From positions 32,001-96,000 of IMG/VR virus record IMGVR_UViG_3300025141_016305: a DNA stretch of 64,000 nt, one strand, 5' to 3'. The position numbers were made by a program, and so were the translations under genes. Origin of the DNA: a virus. Below are positions 8,632 through 19,090 of this stretch, piece by piece; the first letter of the stretch is position 1; every line of letters begins with the position of its first letter. The notes under the pieces were generated by a model. It worked only from the letters and a program-made list of their open reading frames with translations, made no database searches and had not been told where the DNA came from.

Positions 8632-9315
8632 TTATATTATTCCAATAGACATTACATTAGCAACGTCTGCTCGACCGTTAGGGGAACTAGATTCTGTTGC
8701 ATCCGACGCTATTGGGGTTTGCGTTTGTCCGTATGGAAATTCTTGTGTTAAAAAATCACCAGATGAATTAAAGCCAATTTCCGAATCGTGTTGTGGCACG
8801 AAATTGAAAGATATTCTAAAAATCTGCGGAACAATGGTTCCGTCTTCTCTAATGAAGTGGCTCGATTTAAAATCCGGGTCAAAAGTTAATCCGCTGATGC
8901 ACCCTATGAGCCCATCGGAACCGTTGGCTGATTGAATATAGTTCATAAGCTTTACTTTCAAGATAGGTGGCGCTTTTATTGTTCTAGCGGCAGAGCCCCT
9001 CGTATTTAATGGCTCACTATAAACTGGGTAAAGCATTTGAATAAACTTTGAATATTGTGTTAGGTTTTCTTCCGCTTTGGCACGGTCGGGGGCGAGAACA
9101 GATAAAGTAAGACTGATTCTTCTGCTTGTGCCTCTATATTGCTTTACTGGGTCGACGCGGCCAAAACTCTCTTCGTTGCCCCAACTTACGTTATAATTAT
9201 CAGAAAAGTTGTCTATAAAAGCCGGAAAACTTACAGATTGACCCGTAGTTACACTTACAACACTAAGTATTTGGCCTTTTTTTCTTGCTATTTTCTCAAA
9301 TGTTACTATTGACAT
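8632..9315 (-). CDS. Tail tube initiator / baseplate-tube cap protein (gp48/gp54-like)
   Basis: FPAFIDNFSDNY..SW....FGRVDP...Y.GTSRRISL and PP..K motifs; position immediately after the tape measure gene. Confidence 0.6.
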   Translation of the reverse strand: MSIVTFEKIARKKGQILSVVSVTTGQSVSFPAFIDNFSDNYNVSWGNEESFGRVDPVKQYRGTSRRISLTLSVLAPDRAKAEENLTQYSKFIQMLYPVYSEPLNTRGSAARTIKAPPILKVKLMNYIQSANGSDGLIGCISGLTFDPDFKSSHFIREDGTIVPQIFRISFNFVPQHDSEIGFNSSGDFLTQEFPYGQTQTPIASDATESSSPNGRADVANVMSIGII

Positions 9316-9335
9316 TGTTTAACCTCCATTAACAA

Positions 9336-11111
9336 TTATGGTCCCGCCATGGCCAAAACTCTTGAAAAGAACTTCATAAGAAATTGGGTAAACGCTTTTG
9401 CGCTTTCCTCGTTCATAAACACCTTGTTTATTGCGTTCATCGCTTCTTTCGTCTCTTCCTCAGACATGCCACCTTTAGAAAATTTTTCACCGGCTGCGTA
9501 CGCTGCTTTAATATCTGACATTGATGATTCAGCGGTCCGCGCTATAAAGGCGCCACCGGCGTCGAATTCGGCGCCCGGGAGAGATTCTCCAGTAATAGGG
9601 TCTCTTTTAATGCCAGCTGCAGCTGTTTGGAGCGGTGTCATCCCGGGGCCGCCGGGGGTGCCTAGCATTTTTTGCAATGCGGCAATAACAACAGTAGCGG
9701 CAATAGGGCTTTCTCCTGCGATGTCGAGGCCCGTTTTTGCTATACCAGCAATCATACCCGCAAAAACAGGGTTTGTTTTTGCCATATCTGCCAATTCAGT
9801 ATCAAAAAAATCTGGTCTTATATCTCTATCCGGCTGATATGGCTCTCTTGCTCCCCGCATTGCGGCATCACCGGCCAGATTTCTGTCCATTCGGCCGAGA
9901 AAGCCGGCTTGGAGAAGTTCGAGTATTCTTTCTGGGTTGTCTCTGAGAGTTTGCTCGTCAAAACCTGCTGCGGCACCTGCTTGTATGAGACCTTCTCTTG
10001 TGGCGCCTTCGGCTGCTCGCGAAAGGTTGATGGCCATGTCTTCTAAGGGAGTTCTTAGGTTCTTTATGGTTGTTTCTAACTTTGCCATCTCATCAGTAGC
10101 CAAGGTAGTGCTCATTGCAAACTTATCCATGTCATCGCCTGCCATGATGCCTTCTAGAGGTTTTGCGCGTTCGTCGATCTCTTCCCCTAAGATTCTTTTC
10201 ACAGCATCGTCGGGGCCCTCTGTTAAAAGCTTCCTGACATCTAATGGTGACATACCTCCTAGCGCTGTTCCAATTGCTTTAAGTTCATACTTACCAAGTT
10301 CATCGATATTTACCCTTTCACCTAGCCTTTGTTGTATTGTTGCAACTCTTTCTGCCTCATCCATACTCAAAAGCTCTAGTGGGTTAAAAACATTGGCGCC
10401 CAGGATTTGGTTTAATTTGCCGGCCATTTCAGTTGCGCCGCCGAATGTATCTAGCCCGTCACCAAACTTTTCGGCCATCGTAGAAAATTCAATGCCTGTC
10501 TTTCTTGACTGTTTTTCCATTCTTGTAAAAACATTTAAAGTTTTTTCTGCATTATAAGCAAAATTAGTTTGGGCAAAACTAAAATCATCCATTAGTTTTT
10601 TAGGGTTTATGAACAAATCTCTAGATATCTTGCTCATTGAAGCTGCGAAGACCTCAAGCTGATTTCGATTGGCTCCAAAAGCCATGGCTTGATTATCTAT
10701 GGCTTTCGCTAAAGCGGCAGACTCGAACCCCATCTCTCTCATTAGGGCCGTCGATCTTGCCAGAGCAGCTTGGCCGCTTTGGTTTATACCTAAAAAAGAT
10801 GTCATGTTGGTGGCAAGATCTGTCATTGCCTCCGCGCCGCGTTGGGCGGAACCAAAGAAATCGGTTGAAAAACGTACTGCTTGGTCTAATGCTCTGCTGA
10901 ATTCGCCTCCGGGGGCAAACTTGCTAAAGTAATCCCCTCCAGACTTGACCATCCGTTCATTGGCTTCGCGCATTTGAATTGCAATGTCCAAATGCTTCTC
11001 AAGGGGGCCCATGATGTTACTAAGCTCTTTATTATATTGCTTGTAAAGACCGGTCAGGTCATTAACAACCCCTTTAATATCATCTCCAATTTTTCCAGGT
11101 CCACTGCCCAT
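9336..11111 (-). CDS. Putative tail tape measure protein (591 aa)
   Basis: Ala/Met/Gly-rich alpha-helical composition; canonical position between tail chaperone and baseplate genes; length close to T4 gp29. Confidence 0.65.
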   Translation of the reverse strand: MGSGPGKIGDDIKGVVNDLTGLYKQYNKELSNIMGPLEKHLDIAIQMREANERMVKSGGDYFSKFAPGGEFSRALDQAVRFSTDFFGSAQRGAEAMTDLATNMTSFLGINQSGQAALARSTALMREMGFESAALAKAIDNQAMAFGANRNQLEVFAASMSKISRDLFINPKKLMDDFSFAQTNFAYNAEKTLNVFTRMEKQSRKTGIEFSTMAEKFGDGLDTFGGATEMAGKLNQILGANVFNPLELLSMDEAERVATIQQRLGERVNIDELGKYELKAIGTALGGMSPLDVRKLLTEGPDDAVKRILGEEIDERAKPLEGIMAGDDMDKFAMSTTLATDEMAKLETTIKNLRTPLEDMAINLSRAAEGATREGLIQAGAAAGFDEQTLRDNPERILELLQAGFLGRMDRNLAGDAAMRGAREPYQPDRDIRPDFFDTELADMAKTNPVFAGMIAGIAKTGLDIAGESPIAATVVIAALQKMLGTPGGPGMTPLQTAAAGIKRDPITGESLPGAEFDAGGAFIARTAESSMSDIKAAYAAGEKFSKGGMSEEETKEAMNAINKVFMNEESAKAFTQFLMKFFSRVLAMAGP

Positions 11112-11168
11112 TTATAAATTTCTCCTAAAGGATACAACTATACACTTATAAATAGAACTTAATATATT

Positions 11169-11346
11169 TTATTTTTTACTTGACTGACTTTCTTTGACGT
11201 GTGCCAAAGTTCGCTCGACAAACCAGCGTCTAAGTCCAATGGGTAGGCTATATGCTTCAGTAAAAGACCAGTTTCCTTTTTGCATTAAGAAAAAGATTTC
11301 TTCGTAAGGGCCTTCTTTTATATAATCACTCGTTATTCCAAAACCA
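11169..11346 (-). CDS. gp51-like / tail-chaperone extension ORF, probably expressed by +1 frameshift from the upstream gene
   Basis: FGITSDYIKEGPYEEIFFLMQKGNWSFTEAYSLPIGLRRWFVER lies in the +1 frame, overlaps the end of 11326-12234 and has no convincing RBS/start. Confidence 0.6.
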
Positions 11347-12234
11347 TGCCCATGAAAAGGGCACCTCTCTTTCAGCTTCACCGCCACATGAAGGGCAGGG
11401 TACCTCTTGGTGCATTCTAAAGCTTGGTGTCAAAGAAGAGTGAGTTATTTTTAACTTTTTAGAGTCCAAAGCCGGAATAAAATCTAAAAACTGGGATATT
11501 ATCTCCGGATCAGTTATTGGAATTGCGTTTTGGCTTGAGTTGGGCTCTCTAATTTCAACGATCATTCTTCGAAGTAGTTCGACAGTATAGTTGTAGTCTA
11601 ATGAATGTTTTTTTCTTTGCTTTTCGAGTTCAATTAAATATTTAAAATCTTCATTATTTAAAACTCGACAAACAATATTGTATTTACAGACGGGAAGATC
11701 AAAACTGAACGTTCCAGTTTCCTCGTTAACTAAAACATCTTCAGGCGAATTATTTAATTCCCCTAAAGCATTGGATACTAGTTCATCCAAGTCAAAATCA
11801 AAAATCTGTTCGGTATTGCAACTTTCACAATGCATTTTCATTTGATAATTTGGACCATATCCTGTTTTTCTTGCCTGAACAAGAATTGCCATCTTATCAA
11901 CGTCTCCAATATCGGATACTGTTATTGACTTGTCGATTAGTAGAGATTCAACTAGTTTATCTAATACAATTCCGCGAGAGATATAGTCCTGATTTACAAG
12001 AATATCCTCCTCTCTTGCTGTCATATACTTTATTTCAACCTTTTGAATATTTCTAAGTGTGTTTCCCTCAGAATAAAACTTACCTCTCGAAGGCAAGTCA
12101 ACAAACTCTGTTGGCACTACAAAAGAAGGTTTTGCAATTGCTTGTGATGGCGGGGTTGGCACAGGCTGTGGCTGTGGGGTTTGGTTATTGTTTTGTTTCG
12201 GCCTATTATTACGCCTTGAGCTATTTCTAGACAT
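11326..12234 (-). CDS. T4 gp26-like baseplate hub assembly / tail assembly chaperone
   Basis: VDLPSRGKFY, KYMTAREEDIL, two CxxC pairs (CESC, CPSC) and terminal PF..AWFW. Confidence 0.75.
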   Translation of the reverse strand: MSRNSSRRNNRPKQNNNQTPQPQPVPTPPSQAIAKPSFVVPTEFVDLPSRGKFYSEGNTLRNIQKVEIKYMTAREEDILVNQDYISRGIVLDKLVESLLIDKSITVSDIGDVDKMAILVQARKTGYGPNYQMKMHCESCNTEQIFDFDLDELVSNALGELNNSPEDVLVNEETGTFSFDLPVCKYNIVCRVLNNEDFKYLIELEKQRKKHSLDYNYTVELLRRMIVEIREPNSSQNAIPITDPEIISQFLDFIPALDSKKLKITHSSLTPSFRMHQEVPCPSCGGEAEREVPFSWAWFWNNE

Positions 12235-12246
12235 TAATTCCTCTTT

Positions 12247-12927
12247 TCAATATTTATCTCTTTGAATGGCAAAATCGCTAGGACTATCACTAGAGTCCGA
12301 ATAGAACGCGGTTTCGCCCGCTTGCCAGGCTAGTCTCCATTTGTGACCGTTATCAACCATGAACTGTTTCACCATTTTACCTACGGGGCTGTGTGGAGAA
12401 TAATCGTGGCCTGCAAGAAATCCTCCCGGTTTAACTTTTTTAGACCAATGTTTTAGGTCTGCAGCGACTGCTTCTTTGCTGTGGTCTCCGTCGATATATA
12501 CAAGGTCGAAAAAACCATCCTCATATAACTTTACAGCCTCAAGACTATAGTCGACTATTATTTCCACATGTGGCTGGTTGCCAAAATGGTTGAAAACATT
12601 ATTTCTGCACCTTTCGTTTTCCATTCTTCTAACACCTGTACTGTTTTCTTCCGTTAAATATTTATCCCACGGATCAACTAATACTAATTTTTTGGGTTTT
12701 AAAAGTTTATTAATTCTATACGCGTTTTTGCCAGAACGAACTCCAATTTCGATCACGTTTGTGTTTTCTGGAAAAGAGGCGAAGAATCGATTTCGCATGT
12801 GGTTCCAATGATTGAGGTTCTTCATTCCATCGTGTTCTAATTTAATGCATTCGTTTAAGAAATCAATATCATCTTCACAATAAAGACTCTTAGGGGTTGT
12901 AGTACTTCCAAACTCAAAGTCAGCCAT
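12247..12927 (-). CDS. Class I SAM-dependent methyltransferase (Methyltransf_24-like; small-molecule/sugar O-methyltransferase type)
   Basis: VIEIGVRSG, LVDPW, FDLVYIDGDHS and VKPGGFLAGHDY motifs. Confidence 0.85.
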   Translation of the reverse strand: MADFEFGSTTTPKSLYCEDDIDFLNECIKLEHDGMKNLNHWNHMRNRFFASFPENTNVIEIGVRSGKNAYRINKLLKPKKLVLVDPWDKYLTEENSTGVRRMENERCRNNVFNHFGNQPHVEIIVDYSLEAVKLYEDGFFDLVYIDGDHSKEAVAADLKHWSKKVKPGGFLAGHDYSPHSPVGKMVKQFMVDNGHKWRLAWQAGETAFYSDSSDSPSDFAIQRDKY

Positions 12928-12929
12928 TA

Positions 12930-13544
12930 TTAGAATCCACTGTTGCGGGTGTTATCACCAGTATAGCCGCCGCGGCTTAACTCACCAGATGGCCCAGTGG
13001 GAGTTTCAACATTCCATGGAACAGCTGGACCGTCGCCGGCGTTGGTTTCAACGGTAGCCCAGTCATAATTTAAATTAACTGCAATATTAACCAATCCTTC
13101 ATTGCTATAATCCAAATCGCCAAAATCAACAGAGGTTATCAGAGGGTTATGAATTGTCCAAGTTTCAATTGGGGCGCCGTCTTGGTTTAATTGACTAAGC
13201 TTGATTTGTGTTCCCAAAGATTCAACCATTCCTTTTTTTGAAATCGTTGAAGGTCCTGCTTCATTATATTCTGGCGGTATTCTATATCCTGCATTTTTCA
13301 AAATGGCATATAAACTTCCTGTTGAATCCGGACTTACAGGATCAACAATTGTGAAATTAATAGGAGCCCAAGTAACTCTACCTGGATATTTAAACTCATA
13401 ATTCAAAAAGTTGTGAGGAGTGTTCCCTACACTAAACCCGGGCTTTTTTACCTTTGTAACGATAAACTGTGGCATACCTGATAAATAAAGTAACCACCTA
13501 AACGATCTTTTAGGCTCGACGCCTGGTTGATTCCAAAACGGCAT
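12930..13544 (-). CDS. Tail tube protein (T4 gp19-like)
   Basis: EPKRSFRW, KYPGRVTW.PI.FTIVDP, IETWTI..P.ITSVDFGDLDYS, LNYDWA; follows the sheath gene. Confidence 0.85.
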   Translation of the reverse strand: MPFWNQPGVEPKRSFRWLLYLSGMPQFIVTKVKKPGFSVGNTPHNFLNYEFKYPGRVTWAPINFTIVDPVSPDSTGSLYAILKNAGYRIPPEYNEAGPSTISKKGMVESLGTQIKLSQLNQDGAPIETWTIHNPLITSVDFGDLDYSNEGLVNIAVNLNYDWATVETNAGDGPAVPWNVETPTGPSGELSRGGYTGDNTRNSGF

Positions 13545-13600
13545 ATTTTTAGTCTCCTATTACTATTAGTATATATCATCCGGAAAACTTTTTTCAGTCT

Positions 13601-16600
13601 TTATTCCGGTTCGCCAAAACCAGCTCCGGTTCTAGTTATGACAAAATCAACCGCTATAAATTCTATAGACCTCGCAGGCTTAAGAAAAATCTTAGCATAC
13701 ATAATATTTCTATCAACCAAGTCAGCTGTAGTAGTTGATTTATCTAAAATAACTCGAAAATCAGTTAAACCAAGTTCTGTCTTAACTCCTTCCAAGAAAG
13801 GCTCCACTTTACTCTTAAATCTATTCCAAGTCGCTTGGACATTCTGATCGAAAAGCAAGGTGCTAGCAATTGTCGAAATCCTTCTCTTAACAAAAATCAA
13901 CAATCTACGAACATTGATTCTGTCCAAAGCGGACTGCGTAGTTTGCAGTGTCTTTTGGCCGAAAACCACTAGACCCTCCGAAATAAAAGAGGCAATTGGA
14001 TTAATGTTTGCTTCATAGAGTATATCCCTCTGCTTGGCCAAAAGTTGCGTTGTAACTGCCAACACAGGAAGCCCTGCATTGCCTTCATTTAATCCACCGC
14101 GGTTAAAACCTGCAGGGGCAAACCATACTGCATTTGTCCTCTCTTCACTGTAGGCCATGACACCAAGGGCAATAACAGATGGCGGCACCCAAACATCTCT
14201 ATTAAAACTGTTGTCCCTAACTTTTACCCATGGGTAATAAGTTGCACCATAAGAAGAATTAATTTGTCTAGCTGTCAAAGCAGTAGCAACCTGTGTTGGG
14301 GTCTTAGAGTTAATTCTTTGTTGGAAATTGTCGCATGCGGTGTGCCATGGTTCAATATATACATCCGGGAGATCGATAATTGCCAAAGAATCTGCTCTCG
14401 CTTCACAAGTGTCGACCAACTTCTTTGTTAAGTTTTCATTTGTGACACCGGGCATTGCTGCAAGATTCATTTCAATTGCTTCTGGATCTCTTATGAGTTC
14501 GATTGCCCTATCAATACTAGCATATGCATAATTGTTAGCTGTGGTGGCATCTGCATTTACAACGTGCATATTAAAGGGATCTGCTTCTCTTACATCAATG
14601 CCTTCACACCCACCAACCAAAGGCATTCTAAAAGAGTCTATTACATCTCTTGCTAGGGCCCGGGCTGAACCGTTACTTAGTGCAGTGTAGGCAGTTCCTG
14701 CAACTTGAGATCCTGTGACAAAGCTTATTTCAGTTGGTGTAAAACTAGAAAGATCTGCAACATTGGATGTGGTGGTTCCGGTGATGACAGTATCGTCCAA
14801 GCTGAAAATATAAGAATGACCAACTTCAGTGTCAGTTGCCGAAACTATACCACTAGTTTGTCGAGCATTAGTGGTCGCCCAGATTGGGGCTCTTCTTCCA
14901 TAATCAACATAGCTTTCGTTTAGAAGCGTTCCCTCAGCTTTAGTAGAAGTCATACGATACGGGCGCGCGCCTAAAGTTGGATTTGTCGACAAGTTTGTTT
15001 CTGGAACTTTTTCAACATACAGCCCTCTCGGAAAATTAAAGCTCACCGAGGCCGAATTGATGGTGCCAGCCATTGTGCTTCGGGCTGGGAAATTCAGTAG
15101 GGCATGATTGCCAATCCATTTGTCCTCACCAAATGTAATTGTATTGACCTCTGTAGCTCCCGAGCCGGCCCTTGTAAGGGCGCGAGGGAAAGCTTTTGGT
15201 ACGATTGGACCAAAGTATCCGAAAGGAGCAGCAGAGTTATTGTCTGGTCCTGTTTCGGAAATATCTCTATGAACTTCCACTCTTATAAATTGAGAAAGAT
15301 TTGGATTTGTTCCATAAACCTTGTTTCTCTTTTCTATTGTATCCCAAGCAAAATATTGGTCCCCCATTTGCTTAGCTATAAAGTTTTGAGAATTTGGATT
15401 TAGATTACATCTGTCAAATCTCTCAACAACCACTAAACCAGTAGGAGTTATCATCTTGACGCATACACTAAAAGTACTGTAAGGGTTTGCTGCGCCGGTT
15501 TCTGGTATTTTGATATTTTGTATCTCTACAATATGATTTTTTGGAAAATGCTCGCCATCTTGAATCGCGATAATTCTAAAAAGTTTCTGTAAATTGCGAG
15601 CGTCGTAGCTACCGGTAGCTGCGAAATTTTGATGGAAAACCCATCCGGTTTGTCCGGGGGCAGCGTCATGAGTTGCTGATTTAAAGTCACCCATTGAACC
15701 GGAAGCTGCGGATACTTGAAGTGGCAAAGTAAATGCCAATATGTTGGTGCTCGCGATGGCGATATGAGTGTTTATTCTTCTGTACTCTTCTTCGAAGGTC
15801 TCACCCAGCCAGTATTTGTTAGATAAAGTACCAGATGTGATATTTGATATCCTCGTCGTTGTTCGAACTGGGTTTGTGTTTAGAACATCCCTTATATACT
15901 CCGGATCACCTGGTGTAAATGAAACTGTTTGCTTAAAAGTGTCGGTGCCATCTTTAAGTTCTAGTATATATTTTCCGGCTGAATGTGGTTCTGCAAACGA
16001 AGACGTTGGCGGGGGCCCTGAATCAAACCTAAGAGAAGAGGTGTTTGCTGTTCGAGTCTGGTCGCCGCCAATGCATGTTCCGTACAAACCAACGGTAAAA
16101 TCAGCATCTGTTCCATAAAATACAGCTGCTAATGACGCTGTAATTGGAGCTGAGGCCGCGGAATGGAAACCGTCACCCTTACCATCTTGCCCATTTGTCG
16201 AGCCAGAGGCGGCTAAAAACAGGCCCCAAGGCTTTGTCGATTCCCAGCCAGGATGGGCATTGGTCTCTCCCGCAGAAGCATTATCACCTAAGACCCCCCC
16301 TAAACGTATCATTGTTACTGGTGTTTGTGACTTGAGATATGCTTGTGCGGCATATGGGGCATAAGCTGTAGCCAAAAGACCTGGATTTCTCCATGGATCG
16401 CCAGCCTGGTTTCCAGGGACGGTTTGACCAAAAACAGCCTCAAATTCTTCAAAAGAACCCACTTTATAAGGCTTCATCGTTGGACCTTTTCTGGTCCGAC
16501 CTATAATAACAGGGCCGGTGCGGCCGGGGACCTTTGGAAGTTGAGAATTGTCGATTTCTTTAAGAAAGACTCCTGGGGAAACGAACTTAAATTTTCTAGA

Positions 16601-16606
16601 TGCCAT
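13601..16606 (-). CDS. Contractile tail sheath protein (gp18-like)
   Basis: FVSPGVFLKEIDNS start; C-terminal YGATYYPWV, VPPS, WFAPAGFNRG, INPI, GQKTLQ..SALDRINVRRL and KPARSIEFI. Confidence 0.95.
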   Translation of the reverse strand: MASRKFKFVSPGVFLKEIDNSQLPKVPGRTGPVIIGRTRKGPTMKPYKVGSFEEFEAVFGQTVPGNQAGDPWRNPGLLATAYAPYAAQAYLKSQTPVTMIRLGGVLGDNASAGETNAHPGWESTKPWGLFLAASGSTNGQDGKGDGFHSAASAPITASLAAVFYGTDADFTVGLYGTCIGGDQTRTANTSSLRFDSGPPPTSSFAEPHSAGKYILELKDGTDTFKQTVSFTPGDPEYIRDVLNTNPVRTTTRISNITSGTLSNKYWLGETFEEEYRRINTHIAIASTNILAFTLPLQVSAASGSMGDFKSATHDAAPGQTGWVFHQNFAATGSYDARNLQKLFRIIAIQDGEHFPKNHIVEIQNIKIPETGAANPYSTFSVCVKMITPTGLVVVERFDRCNLNPNSQNFIAKQMGDQYFAWDTIEKRNKVYGTNPNLSQFIRVEVHRDISETGPDNNSAAPFGYFGPIVPKAFPRALTRAGSGATEVNTITFGEDKWIGNHALLNFPARSTMAGTINSASVSFNFPRGLYVEKVPETNLSTNPTLGARPYRMTSTKAEGTLLNESYVDYGRRAPIWATTNARQTSGIVSATDTEVGHSYIFSLDDTVITGTTTSNVADLSSFTPTEISFVTGSQVAGTAYTALSNGSARALARDVIDSFRMPLVGGCEGIDVREADPFNMHVVNADATTANNYAYASIDRAIELIRDPEAIEMNLAAMPGVTNENLTKKLVDTCEARADSLAIIDLPDVYIEPWHTACDNFQQRINSKTPTQVATALTARQINSSYGATYYPWVKVRDNSFNRDVWVPPSVIALGVMAYSEERTNAVWFAPAGFNRGGLNEGNAGLPVLAVTTQLLAKQRDILYEANINPIASFISEGLVVFGQKTLQTTQSALDRINVRRLLIFVKRRISTIASTLLFDQNVQATWNRFKSKVEPFLEGVKTELGLTDFRVILDKSTTTADLVDRNIMYAKIFLKPARSIEFIAVDFVITRTGAGFGEPE

Positions 16607-16687
16607 ACTGATATCTCCTTGAGGAACGTGATTAAAACTAAATAACTAGTATTTTACTTTATTAAATAGTTTTTCTTAACTCGAAAG

Positions 16688-16725
16688 GAAAAAAGAAAAG
16701 GAAAAGCCCGGTAAAAACCGGGCTT
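16688..16725 (-). terminator. Rho-independent terminator after the fibre gene
   Basis: AAGCCCGGT-TTTT-ACCGGGCTT hairpin followed by a U-rich tract on the minus strand. Confidence 0.8.
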
Positions 16726-16756
16726 GTAAGGTGGGAAAAAAGCAGGATTATTTTGA

Positions 16757-19090
16757 TTAGCTGGCGAGATACTTGATTGTAAGTATATCGTCGCTGTCAA
16801 GTGTTTCTGCCAAGACGATATAAACGCCACCATCACTAGGCAAGGATCCAGTTGGGTTTTCCCAAACACGAGCCTGGCTAGGGCCGGTGGTGACCAGAGT
16901 ACCACCGCTGGTACCACCACTGACGTAATAATCCCAAATTCCGATGCCGGCGCCGGCAATGGCTGGCGTGCCCGTGCCGACAGTACCTGATGTAATCGGA
17001 TAGGTCATCGGACCAGTAGAGCCACTCAAAGAACCAGAAGGTGTCAGCAACATACCATTTAAGTATATTTCCAACGAACCAGCTCTTGGGTACCCATGTG
17101 CATTGACCTCTAGTGATGCAGTGTAAAGATCAGCTGACATACGGCCTTGGCCTCCGGTATTAACGTTTGTTGCATCACTCTGACTAGCACTAAAGAACAG
17201 CGACGTTCTTGGAATGACCGAATTGTTCTGGACGTAAGTGGTAAGATCACTCAAAGCAACCTGCTTCATTGTACCAGCATCGTTACAGACAAATCTATCT
17301 GCATCAACAAGAGTGGTTGACGTAGCAGCAGTACCGCCATCTACGACGTTTAGCTCTGCGGCGGTTGTTGTGACAACAGTGCCTGCCAGCGCGAGGCCCT
17401 TAGTGGAGCCATCATGCTGTGGAAAATCCACGACACCACTACCTGACATCTTCAAAAGCTGGTTGTCGTTTGAGTCTCCACCACCGGAATATTTGCCATC
17501 ATCTGGCAAAGCGACATTTGGATCCGAACCAGTGGAGAAAATCACAAAGGTTTCATCCGTCTTATTATAACCCATACCGTAACGGTTTGCAGTGTGATTT
17601 CTGTTGGATTCAAAAATAACCCTAGTATCTCTTTCATACTGTGACGCGCCACGCTTACCAATGATCAGATCATCAACGACACGTTTACCGGATGCGTTCG
17701 ACGCAGAAGCCGCGATACTAACCTGGCCTTGCACCTGGTATGAACCAGTTCTGTTCATTTTTACAAGACTTGAAATCTTGACTTTTCTAGTTTCTGGTGC
17801 GCCGAGGTAATTGATATCATGAACAATAAATTTATCGTCAAGATTAAGAGAAATCTCCGAAGCTCCAGCTACATCGATGTCTAACAAGTTAATTTCGGCT
17901 GGTGTAGCCGCAATTGCTGTTGTTGAGGCCGCAGAAAATGGTATCAAAGTACCATCAACATTAGCAAGGTTTATTGTGCGGTCAGCTGTTGGATCAACGA
18001 CGCCAAGTGTGGTTTCGAAATCATTAGCTGTGGCACCTTCAAACCTAAGAGAACCTGTAATTCCAAGTGTAGTAATATCAAGCTCTGTTCTGGTGCCTGC
18101 AACAGTAAGATCACCAGGAATGTGCACATTCGTAGTTCCTCCGCCCACCGTTAGGACATTTGCACCAACAGACGCACCAATTGTCAAAGCACTGGCAGCA
18201 TCAACATCAATAGAAGTACCGCCTACAGTGAGGTTACCGTTTCCGATTGTTACATTGCCAGAAGCATCTATCTCGAAATCATTGACGGAGTCAAAAGCGT
18301 TGCCTGTGTTGATTGCAAAAACATCCTGATCGTCATCAATACCCACTACTGTCTTTAGAGTGCTGTGGCCGAAAGTTAGAATCCTATCAGTACCGTCGGC
18401 ATCAGGGCCAATTGAGACAGTTCCGGAAGCGAACAGCGTACTATGAACAACAGCAGCACCGGTTGCATCGACATCCATGGCCCGTTCGCCGTCGCTGGCT
18501 TGAACAAGGAATTGGGTTGCAGCCGTGGTGTTACCAAGCTTCGCGACAACGTGATCAGATGAACCTGCGTTCAATCTCAAGGTTTTCGACGCGACCAATT
18601 CTGTTACCTGCCCGCTTGTCCCGGCGCTTTGGATCGACATGTAGTCGGTTTTAGCGGTGTTGAGCGCGAGCTTAGTGGTGTTGTTTTTTAAGTTAAGAAC
18701 TGCACCAGTCTTTGTAAGTTGCAAAACTTGGACCCATGCATTTGGTCCAATGTTTTCTATTACTGAAAAGCCTATGTTTCCATTGTTTTTCGAACTTGAA
18801 AGGGCAATGCCGTTATCTTCATGAAAGCTGAGGTATCCTATGCCGGCTAAGGAACCCGAGACACCAATCTCAAAGCTTTTGCCATTAGTTGTTACGGCCA
18901 AACGTCGTCTTATTTGATCCGTTGTGATAATAATATCTTGATCATTACCAAGCTGAATAGTACTTCCATCAGCAAGGAATAAATCTGAATATTCATACGT
19001 GGCAGAACCCAATGAGGCTCCATCGGCGGATTTTGGCAACAAATCACCGGTGATTTCGAGTTGGGTTTGCGAATTAATCTTAGTTCCCAT
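16757..19090 (-). CDS. Tail/collar fibre-like virion protein (777 aa)
   Basis: Gly/Thr/Ser-rich beta-repeat segments (SDLFLADG, FEGATANDFETTL...PTADRTINL, TAAELN.VDG) and a C-terminal YLNG..DY domain. Confidence 0.7.
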   Translation of the reverse strand: MGTKINSQTQLEITGDLLPKSADGASLGSATYEYSDLFLADGSTIQLGNDQDIIITTDQIRRRLAVTTNGKSFEIGVSGSLAGIGYLSFHEDNGIALSSSKNNGNIGFSVIENIGPNAWVQVLQLTKTGAVLNLKNNTTKLALNTAKTDYMSIQSAGTSGQVTELVASKTLRLNAGSSDHVVAKLGNTTAATQFLVQASDGERAMDVDATGAAVVHSTLFASGTVSIGPDADGTDRILTFGHSTLKTVVGIDDDQDVFAINTGNAFDSVNDFEIDASGNVTIGNGNLTVGGTSIDVDAASALTIGASVGANVLTVGGGTTNVHIPGDLTVAGTRTELDITTLGITGSLRFEGATANDFETTLGVVDPTADRTINLANVDGTLIPFSAASTTAIAATPAEINLLDIDVAGASEISLNLDDKFIVHDINYLGAPETRKVKISSLVKMNRTGSYQVQGQVSIAASASNASGKRVVDDLIIGKRGASQYERDTRVIFESNRNHTANRYGMGYNKTDETFVIFSTGSDPNVALPDDGKYSGGGDSNDNQLLKMSGSGVVDFPQHDGSTKGLALAGTVVTTTAAELNVVDGGTAATSTTLVDADRFVCNDAGTMKQVALSDLTTYVQNNSVIPRTSLFFSASQSDATNVNTGGQGRMSADLYTASLEVNAHGYPRAGSLEIYLNGMLLTPSGSLSGSTGPMTYPITSGTVGTGTPAIAGAGIGIWDYYVSGGTSGGTLVTTGPSQARVWENPTGSLPSDGGVYIVLAETLDSDDILTIKYLAS

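Noticed and set aside
9349-10932. Long plus-strand ORFs (162, 124, 206 aa) opposite the tape measure gene, and similar ones opposite scaffold, sheath and fibre genes
   Set aside because: Antisense shadows caused by codon bias; no RBS or recognisable motifs, and the window is uniformly minus-strand.
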